From an uncultured archaeon (GTDB lineage Archaea; Iainarchaeota; Iainarchaeia; Iainarchaeales; GCA-2688035), in the NCBI GenBank assembly GCA_964354805.1, contig CAYHBD010000032.1:1-17114 (forward strand): DNA of 17,114 nt. The letters run 5' to 3'. Under the pieces are notes generated by a model. That model was given only the letters and a program-made list of their open reading frames with translations. It was not told the origin of the DNA and did not search any database. The position numbers and the translations under genes were made by a program. Positions 6,751 to 13,769 of this stretch are shown in pieces (position 1 is the first letter of the stretch; every line of letters begins with the position of its first letter).

Positions 6751-8547
6751 TTACCGTTCTAGGCCATTGAATATCAATGTGCAGAATTGTTTGGCGAGTG
6801 TGTTCTCTGCATCAATTATTGATATTGTTTCGGAATCAGTAAGCGGCGTATCAAACCATTTACTCGTTTTGTTCTTTATTACGATTTTCAGCAGTCTTTT
6901 TCCGCTGAACTCAAGTTTGGCCTCCCACTCACTGTCCGAACCTGCCGGGAATTCTTGCGCGTCATAAATTTTTTCCAAATAGCTGCCAACCGAATAACGG
7001 TAATCGCATGCATTTGTTGCGCTTTCCTTATGGTAATAATTTATTCTAATTGTTTTCTTTAATTTATCAGGGAACAAAATATCGCCAACGCTTACTGTCT
7101 GGCCTCCCACAAGCACGCCGCTTTTATTCAAATTGAAGACTGCTTTGTCAGTGTCACATCTTGAGACAGTCAGGGTATATTTTTCGCCGTCCTTGCCCTC
7201 TATATTTGTTAGTATATCAGTGCCTTTTGCATCCAGCCATGTTTGGTTTGAAACCAATTCGATTTTTCCATTGGCTTTGTCAACCGAGGCAACCAAGCTG
7301 TCCGTTGTAAATAACGGAATTATTATTTTATCATCATTGCCTGCGGCAAAAGGCGCATCATTGGTTAATGATTGCGTTGCCGGAATCCCTTCGCCCAAGT
7401 CAATCGTGTAAGACAGTCTTCCCGGCTCTATGTACAATTTGCTTTTGTTTGTTTCCTTATCGTAAAAAATCGTGGCAGCAAGGGAAAACCTTTCACCCAT
7501 ATTTACGTTGGCAGTACTAACACCGTTGTACGTGTAACCTTTATTTGCATATGATTTCAGCGTTTTGTTATTTGCATTAGTTACACTGCCATCAACATCT
7601 GCCCGCAGCACGCCGTTGCCTGCGTCAAATAACGTGCTTTCAATGGTTCCGGAATTCGCACCGCATTTAATTGTTATCCTCTCCCTGCCGCCTGGAGCAG
7701 CCAGGCAGTCCCAATCTGTACTGTTATCGCACGCAACAGGGCAATAGCCGTCGCCCGAAATGCATTGGATTATTTTCTCATGCGTGCAAACGGCTGGAGC
7801 GCCAGCGCACTTATCAACGGTTGACAAATCATTGTCATTGCAATTTGCATCCGTTGTGCATTCATCAGTCCTTTCACAATCAGAATCATTATCGTAATTG
7901 CATCCGCTTGGGCAGTAAGCATCGCCGCTGCTGCATTCGGTAATCAATTCATGGGTGCACTTGTTTTTCGTTCCTATAACGCACTTATCTTTTGTCGCTC
8001 GATCCCAATCGTCGCAATCAGAATCTGTAATGCACTCCTGCGGAGGCGGAACCTCGCAATCTGAATCGGATTTATAACTGCATTGCGTTGGGCAGCAGTT
8101 GTCGCCGGCAATGCACTGGGTTATTTGCTGGTACTTGCACTCCTTTGGAGCACCCATGCAGCTATCAATCGTGCAAGCCTGTAGGTCATCGCATGCTTCA
8201 TCTGAAACGCATAAATCGTCGCTTCTATGAATGCAGACAATTGCATTTGTTTTCTGGCCAACCAGCACTTCAACTGAATCAGCACCCTCGCTGAACATAA
8301 TATAATAGTAATCATTTGCGGAAAAAGTTGGGCCGCATTTTGCAATAAATTCATCAGCCCTGGCTTGGCTCTGCTGCCTGCTTAGGGGGACAAATGTAAG
8401 CTGGGCATTGGGGTGTGCCGCCAAAAAGCTGGCAACACTGGGCGACTGCTTTACTTTTGCCACAATCTCTGTTGTAGGCAAAAGGCAGCCGCTGAAAACT
8501 AGGGCAAGCAATAGAAAAACCATCAAAGGCAGAATAGCTTTATTCAT
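6751..8547 (-). CDS. Cell-surface lipoprotein with three Cys/Asp-rich repeats
   Basis: Lipobox LVFSG-C. Three units of about 57 aa: CxxDxxCxD...TxDxC...C...ITxCxxGDxxCPxxC...DxDC. Beta-rich C-terminal region. Confidence 0.8.
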   Translation of the reverse strand: MNKAILPLMVFLLLALVFSGCLLPTTEIVAKVKQSPSVASFLAAHPNAQLTFVPLSRQQSQARADEFIAKCGPTFSANDYYYIMFSEGADSVEVLVGQKTNAIVCIHRSDDLCVSDEACDDLQACTIDSCMGAPKECKYQQITQCIAGDNCCPTQCSYKSDSDCEVPPPQECITDSDCDDWDRATKDKCVIGTKNKCTHELITECSSGDAYCPSGCNYDNDSDCERTDECTTDANCNDNDLSTVDKCAGAPAVCTHEKIIQCISGDGYCPVACDNSTDWDCLAAPGGRERITIKCGANSGTIESTLFDAGNGVLRADVDGSVTNANNKTLKSYANKGYTYNGVSTANVNMGERFSLAATIFYDKETNKSKLYIEPGRLSYTIDLGEGIPATQSLTNDAPFAAGNDDKIIIPLFTTDSLVASVDKANGKIELVSNQTWLDAKGTDILTNIEGKDGEKYTLTVSRCDTDKAVFNLNKSGVLVGGQTVSVGDILFPDKLKKTIRINYYHKESATNACDYRYSVGSYLEKIYDAQEFPAGSDSEWEAKLEFSGKRLLKIVIKNKTSKWFDTPLTDSETISIIDAENTLAKQFCTLIFNGLER

Positions 8548-8627
8548 TGCTTACAATAAACGCAATTCAGCAATAAAAACCTTTCCATTTTTGAAAATAA
8601 ACCCTTAAAAAGACAGAAAAATGCAAA

Positions 8628-8652
8628 ATAAGCCCAGGCAGGAATTTGAACC
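8628..8652 (-). repeat. Degenerate copy of a tRNA 3' end just downstream of tRNA-Thr
   Basis: ataagcc-caggcaggaatttgaacc vs ataagcctccggcgggaa-ttgaacc at 8672-8696. Confidence 0.6.
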
Positions 8653-8674
8653 AATGAATTGAATTAAAGCTATA

Positions 8675-8746
8675 AGCCTCCGGCGGGAATTGAACCCGCG
8701 ACCCCGTCCTTACCAAGGACGTACTCTACCACTGAGCCACGGAGGC
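8675..8746 (-). tRNA. tRNA-Thr(GGT)
   Basis: Acceptor GCCTCCG/CGGAGGC-T, anticodon arm CGTCC-TTGGTAA-GGACG, T arm GCGGG-TTCAATT-CCCGC. Confidence 0.96.
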
Positions 8747-8786
8747 AGTAAAACAAATTAGGTGCGGAAAACTATTTTAATCTGTT

Positions 8787-10043
8787 TTATTTTTCTAAAA
8801 TTTTTGTAAATTTGCCTAATTCGCTTAATTTTATTTTCCTCTGCTTTCCGCTCTTCAAATTCTTCACAGTAATGCTTTTTTCTTTCAGTTCGTCTTCGCC
8901 GATTATTGCAACGAATGCTATGCCTTTCTTGTCAGCGTACTGGATGTTTTTGCCAATGCCCCTGTTCATCAAATCCATTTCGCAGCTCACGCCGGACTGC
9001 CTGATTTTTGCCGCAATCTGCAGGCATTTTTCAACGCACTTTTCCCCAACAGGCGCAATGAACAATTTTGTTTTGCTTTCAACCAGAATTTTTTTCTCCA
9101 ATGCTTCAAGCAATCTTTCAACTCCGAAGCTCCCTCCAACAGCAGGCGTTGGCGCTCCGCCATACAATTCAACCAGTTTATCATATCTGCCGCCGCCGCC
9201 AACACTCGGGCTGCCTTTAACGCACACCTCAAAAACCATACCAGTGTAATACTCCAAGCCCCTTGCAAGGCGCAAATCAAGGGAAACAAATTTTTCCAAG
9301 CCATTTTCTTTAAGCAATTTAAGCAGCGCTTGCATTTCCTGCAGGGGAACGGTGTTTTGCAATTTCAGCTTTTCCAGCTTGCCGCTTTCCAGTTGTCCAA
9401 GAATTTGTGTGTCAATTCCTTTTTGCTGCAGCTCTTTTTCTACGCCCTGCTTTCCAATCTTTTCCAATTTGTCAATGCTCCTGAAGCAATCAACAACTTT
9501 CTCTTTCTCCACGCCGCAGCTTAATGCAATCTCTTCCAGTAGCTTCCTGTTGTTGATTTTCACAGCAAACTCGCCTTTCTTGAATCCAAGCGCCTGCATC
9601 ACTGCTATTGCAACAGCGATTGTTTCAAAATCTGAAAGCATGCTGGCGCTGCCTACAATGTCCCAGTCCGCCTGGGTGAACTCCCTGTAACGCCTTTCCC
9701 CTGGCCTGTCATACCTGTAAACAGTGCCGATTTGGTATCTCTTGAATGGCTTTGGCAATTGCGGGTTTGATGCAACAACCCTGGCAAGTGGAACAGTCAA
9801 ATCAAAGCGCAGCCCGAGCTCTCTTTCGCTCTTGTCCTTGAAATAGTAAATCTCTTCTTTTATTGCTTCTCCGCCTGAGCCCTTTGCCGCAAGCAGGGCA
9901 AAGTCTTCCACAATCGGGGTTTCCAATGGCTGAAAGCCATAGCTCTCAAAAACCCGCCTGCAGGTGTCCTCTATCCGCTGCTTTTTCTCCGCCCTCTCAG
10001 GCAGAAAATCCTGCATTCCACGAACTGTCTGGAATTTTTCCAT
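8787..10043 (-). CDS. hisS: Histidine--tRNA ligase
   Basis: RGMQDFLP, LRFDLTVPLAR, YRYDRP...YREFTQ, LARGLEYYTG, GGGGRYD, FGVERL and a C-terminal anticodon-binding domain, so not HisZ. SD AGGTGA before ATG 10043. Confidence 0.97.
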   Translation of the reverse strand: MEKFQTVRGMQDFLPERAEKKQRIEDTCRRVFESYGFQPLETPIVEDFALLAAKGSGGEAIKEEIYYFKDKSERELGLRFDLTVPLARVVASNPQLPKPFKRYQIGTVYRYDRPGERRYREFTQADWDIVGSASMLSDFETIAVAIAVMQALGFKKGEFAVKINNRKLLEEIALSCGVEKEKVVDCFRSIDKLEKIGKQGVEKELQQKGIDTQILGQLESGKLEKLKLQNTVPLQEMQALLKLLKENGLEKFVSLDLRLARGLEYYTGMVFEVCVKGSPSVGGGGRYDKLVELYGGAPTPAVGGSFGVERLLEALEKKILVESKTKLFIAPVGEKCVEKCLQIAAKIRQSGVSCEMDLMNRGIGKNIQYADKKGIAFVAIIGEDELKEKSITVKNLKSGKQRKIKLSELGKFTKILEK

Positions 10044-10076
10044 GTTAATCACCTAATTCTTGATTCAAAGTTTTAT

Positions 10077-10946
10077 TTAAACAATTACTTTCTGCAGGCT
10101 GTATTCAAGAATGTCTTCCGCGCCAGCCTTTTTGATTTTTGGTATAATTTCCCTTACCCTCTTTTTGTCCACTGCAACCTTTATTGCATACCCGCTTTCT
10201 CCATAAAGCTCGCTCACTGTCGGGCTTTTCATGCAGGGAAGCACTTTTATCAGCCTTTCAAAGTTTTCCTTTGAAACATTCATTTCAAGCAAAACCTTCT
10301 GCTCAGCCAAAAGCACGCCCTGCAGCAGGGCATTTATTTCTTTTATTTTTTCTCTTTTCCAGTTGTTTTCCCATGCCTGCTTGTTTGCAATCAGCACAGT
10401 GCTTGAGCGCAGCAGCTCGCCAATTATTCTCAGCTTGTTTGCCTTAAGCGAAGCCCCTGTTTCAGTCAATTCAACGATTGCATCAACAAGCAAAGGGCAC
10501 TTTGTTTCAGTTGCACCCCAGCTGAACTCGACTTTTGCGTTTACCCTGTTCTTGCGCAGGTAGCTTTTCGTTACCTGGACAAGCTCTGTTGCAATCCTTT
10601 TTCCCTCAAGACCTTTAACTGAACGAATCTTTGAATCCCTGTTCACTGCCAGCACCCATCTTACATTCCTGTTTGTTTTCTTTGCATACCGCAGCTCTGC
10701 AATTTCCTTTACCCTTGCTTTTGTTTCAATGCACCAGTCCCTGCCTGTTATGCTGGCATCTATCACGCCGTCCTCAACAAAGCGCGGCATTTCTTGGGCC
10801 CTGGCCATCATCAGTTGAATGCTGTTATCGTCTATTGAAGGGAAATAGCTTCTGCCATTAATGTTTATCTCAAACCCTGCCTTTTTGAACAGGTCCAGTG
10901 TCTTCTCTTCAAGGCTTCCTTTCGGTATCCCAAACACAAGCTTCAT
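10077..10946 (-). CDS. hisG: ATP phosphoribosyltransferase, long form
   Basis: [43 protein letters not shown] and a C-terminal regulatory domain. ATGA overlap with the hisI stop and a GGAGG SD. Confidence 0.96.
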   Translation of the reverse strand: MKLVFGIPKGSLEEKTLDLFKKAGFEININGRSYFPSIDDNSIQLMMARAQEMPRFVEDGVIDASITGRDWCIETKARVKEIAELRYAKKTNRNVRWVLAVNRDSKIRSVKGLEGKRIATELVQVTKSYLRKNRVNAKVEFSWGATETKCPLLVDAIVELTETGASLKANKLRIIGELLRSSTVLIANKQAWENNWKREKIKEINALLQGVLLAEQKVLLEMNVSKENFERLIKVLPCMKSPTVSELYGESGYAIKVAVDKKRVREIIPKIKKAGAEDILEYSLQKVIV

Positions 10947-11939
10947 TTCACAGCCTCCTTTTTGTTGAAAAAGCAACTATACGTGCCAGTATGGCACGCA
11001 TTCCCCCTTTGTTCAACCTTTAGCAAAACCGCGTCCCTGTCGCAGTCAAGCAAAATCTCTTTTACCTTCTGGCAATTTCCAGATGTTGCCCCTTTTTGCC
11101 AAATGCATTGCCTGCTTCTGCTCCAGTATGTTGCCTTGCCTGTTTCAATTGTTCTTTCCAATGATTCCCTGTTCATGAAAGCAAGCATCAGCACTCTGCC
11201 ACTGCTTTCATCCTGTGCAATCGCTGGAACTAGGCCTTTTCCTTTTGCAAAATCCACTGAATTGAATTCCATTATTTCTTGCAAGGAAATTTTTCCGCTG
11301 TAAAAAGCCATTCCAAGCACGCTGTCAAACCCTAAATTCTCCAGTGCAATGATTTCCCGCATGCTGCTTATGCCTCCTGCAAAGCTTTTCCTGTTGCTTG
11401 TTAACCCGCTTAATTCCTTTGCAAAAGCCGTGTTTGTCCCGCTCAGCATGCCCTCCTTTTCAATGCAGGTGAAAAGGAATTCCGAGCAATATGGCTCCAA
11501 TTCTTTCACCAAGTCAAGTGCATTTCTCCCTGTATTTTCTGTCCAGCCTTTTGCCATTACTTCTCCCTCCCAAGAATCAACTGCAGCGATGAAGGCAATC
11601 CCTCCCAAATTCTTTGCTCAGGCTTTGAAGGAACCCTTTGTCAGCTTTTGTGCCGATTATTATTTTTTTTGCACCCCATCCAAGCACTTGCCCTGCCTTC
11701 TTTATGCTTCTTATGCCTCCGCCAACCCTTGCATTTACAACAGCGCAGATTTCTTTGATTGCTTCGCTGTTATCGCCCTTGCCCATGGCGGCGTCTAAGT
11801 CAATCACTTGGACGGCAGGCAACGAAGACAAGGTCTGAGCAAAACGCACTGGCTCTTCTTCCAGCTGCAGCTGTTTCTCCTTTCCCTGCCTTAGCTGCAC
11901 AATTTTTCCATTCATCAAATCAATGCTTGCTATTATCAT
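10943..11939 (-). CDS. hisA: HisA-HisI fusion of about 331 aa, interrupted by a +1 frameshift at about 11588-11594
   Basis: Frame 0 (11939-11577) gives the HisA N-half ([34 protein letters not shown]). The +1 frame gives IAAVDS...KGW...EGMLSG...AGGI and then HisI ([34 protein letters not shown]). Joined product reads EFGRDCL-IAAVDS. Confidence 0.9.
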
Positions 11940-12752
11940 TGTAACACCTCCAATCCTTTGCTTTTCAAATATTCTTTCACCTGCTTAACAGTGAATTTTC
12001 CATAGTGGAAAACGCTTGCTCCCAAAACAGCGCTTGCTTTCCCTTCAGACAGAACCGTATACATGTCTTCAAGGCTGCCTGCACCGCCTGATGCAATCAC
12101 TGGAATTGCAACAGCCTGGCTTATTGCTTTGGTTAAAGCAATGTCAAACCCCTGCTGGGTTCCATCCTTGTCTATTGAAGTGAGCAGAATGCTGCCTGCG
12201 CCAAGTTTCTCAACAGTTTGCGCCCACTCAATTGCATCCAAGCCAGTATTTTTGCTCCCTGCGTTTATGAAGACATTCCATTTGTTTCCAACCTTCTGCG
12301 CGTCAATTGCTGAAACAACGGCGCTTTTGCCGAGTTTTTGCGAAAGCTGCTGCAGTAACCCCGGTTTCTTCACTGCTGCGCTGTTTACGCCTATTTTTGC
12401 TGCCCCTGCTTGAATCAATCCCTTGGCTTCTGCAACGCTTCTGATTCCTCCACCGATTGTTAGTGGAACAGTGCATGCAGCAGCTATTCTTTTCACTGCC
12501 GCAATCCTTGTTTTTCTTCGTTCCACTGTTGCATTGATGTCCAATACGACTATTTCATCTGCCTCCTGTGCGCAGTATTTTAGCACTTGTTGCACTGGAT
12601 CTCCGACCTTTTCCACATTCCTGAATTTCTTTCCCTTCACCAATTCAATCTTTCCATTGCTCAGATTGCAGTCCAAGCAAGGAATGACTTTCTTTATTTC
12701 TCTTTTGGTGAAGTCGCTCACCTTTTACACTTATGTCTATGTTTGAATTCAT
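11936..12752 (-). CDS. hisF: Imidazole glycerol phosphate synthase cyclase subunit; start is either ATG 12752 with a +1 frameshift or the SD-less GTG 12721
   Basis: VIPCLD, GDPV, ADEIVVLDI, GGGIRS, SAIDA, LLTSIDKDGT..GFD, IASGGAG, ASVFHY. The perfect SD GGAGGTGA (12759-12766) serves ATG 12752, whose frame ends after 35 aa at 12645. Confidence 0.93.
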
Positions 12753-12770
12753 CTTGATTCACCTCCAGAA

Positions 12771-12785
12771 TCAGTGATGATGAAG
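12771..12785 (-). promoter_or_regulatory. CTT CAT CAT CAC TGA (Leu-His-His-His-stop) element directly upstream of the hisF SD
   Basis: Read directly on the minus strand, 4 nt before GGAGGTGA. No canonical in-frame start codon between it and tRNA-His. Confidence 0.5.
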
Positions 12786-12811
12786 TAAACCACTTATAGA
12801 ATTAGTTTGAG

Positions 12812-12920
12812 GGCCGGTACCGGGAGTCGAACCCGGGCCTAAGGCTCGCTGTAGCTTTTGCGAGCTTTTTTCTAAAAAGCTCCCACAGGCCTCAATGCTA
12901 GCCACTACACCATACCAGCC
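12812..12920 (-). tRNA. tRNA-His(GTG) with encoded G-1 and a 36 nt intron at position 37/38 (12847-12882)
   Basis: G-1:C73, acceptor GCTGGTA/TACCGGC, anticodon stem GAGGC/GCCTT, T arm CCGGG-TTCGACT-CCCGG. Canonical BHB: central helix CTGT/ACAG, bulges GG|G and CG|A, intron helix AGCTTTT/AAAAGCT. Confidence 0.95.
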
Positions 12921-12923
12921 ATT

Positions 12924-13116
12924 CGCCGACACGCCCGGCGGGTTCGGGTCCGATTGCCTTACGGCAATCCGACGAGCTCGCCTTTCGGCTCGCATTCGCA
13001 GCCCTTCGGCAAAGCCTTTTTTGCTTTCGCAAAAAAGCCTCCTTGCAAAACCTTCGGTTTTGCGAGGTCCCGCAAAAGCAAAGCTTTTGCAGGATGGGAA
13101 AAAAAGCCTCTCGGCT
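12924..13116 (-). other. Dense hairpin array abutting the tRNA-His 5' end (structured leader, ncRNA or palindromic element)
   Basis: Hairpins at 12924-12940, 12952-12969, 12980-12989, 13017-13036, 13041-13067, 13068-13094 and 13105-13116. Four have GNRA loops on the minus strand (GTAA, GAAA, GAAA, GAGA). Confidence 0.6.
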
Positions 13117-13268
13117 GCTTTAGAATTAATTTTAAAGTAATTAAATTTGTTTCTGTTCTGGCAGCTACTTAAATCAAAAGAAAAAGTTTCATTGAATGTG
13201 AAGTAACTCACTTATCATAGCTGTCAATAAGATTTATGGGCGTATTTGTTTTAAAAACCCTTGCCTGT

Positions 13269-13592
13269 TCATCTGGCTCTTGCAATTGCCTCAACTTTCT
13301 TTGGCGCTGTTTCTTCAATCATTCTTGCTTCGAACCGCAGGATGTCTTTTACCATCGGGCTTTTAGTGTTTAATGTAAACAGTTTTGTGTTTCCAAAAGT
13401 CCTTGTGACCCTGATTAAGTCAAGTTCCTGCAGCTTGTGCCAGTGCTTGAATAGGGCGCCCTTGCTCACGCCTGCAAGCTGCTGCACTTCCTTTTTGCTG
13501 TATTCCCCGCCAATATTGTCAATGAATGTGTCAAGAATTCTAATAAACGGGTTGTCTCCAAAAAATCGAACAAGATTTGTTTCCTCGCGCAT
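13269..13592 (-). CDS. Small winged helix-turn-helix protein
   Basis: FGDNPFIRILD...YSKKEVQQLAGVSKGALFKHWHKLQELDLIRVTRTFGNTKLFTLN gives an HTH plus wing pattern. Confidence 0.75.
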   Translation of the reverse strand: MREETNLVRFFGDNPFIRILDTFIDNIGGEYSKKEVQQLAGVSKGALFKHWHKLQELDLIRVTRTFGNTKLFTLNTKSPMVKDILRFEARMIEETAPKKVEAIARAR

Positions 13593-13769
13593 ATTCCGTC
13601 AATTAACTTGCCAAAGGCAAGTCTGTAAAAAACTTACTTTTAAGGTCCATTCAAATAGACTCTTTGATTCGCCAAAAAGAAGGTTGAAAGAGCAGTTAAA
13701 TAAAACAAGCAATTTAAAATTTAAAGGCTTCTTAATATTAATTATAAAATCGTTTTTTGGGTGTTTTGT

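Noticed and set aside
10943-11608. Independent gene starting at TTG 11608
   Set aside because: It would split the HisA barrel, has no SD upstream, and its first residues (GGIAF) fit worse than the zero-frame GRDCL.
11663-11670. T8 homopolymer as the cause of the hisA frame break
   Set aside because: The zero frame stays HisA-like (GAKKIIIGT...EFG) past this run, and the +1 frame has a stop at 11618-11620, so the break must lie downstream at about 11590.
12915-13116. HDV-like ribozyme, T-box, SRP RNA or RNase P RNA (GGCGAATGG resembles the HDV J4/2 strand)
   Set aside because: I could not build the nested double pseudoknot, and the T-box, SRP and RNase P signature sequences are absent.
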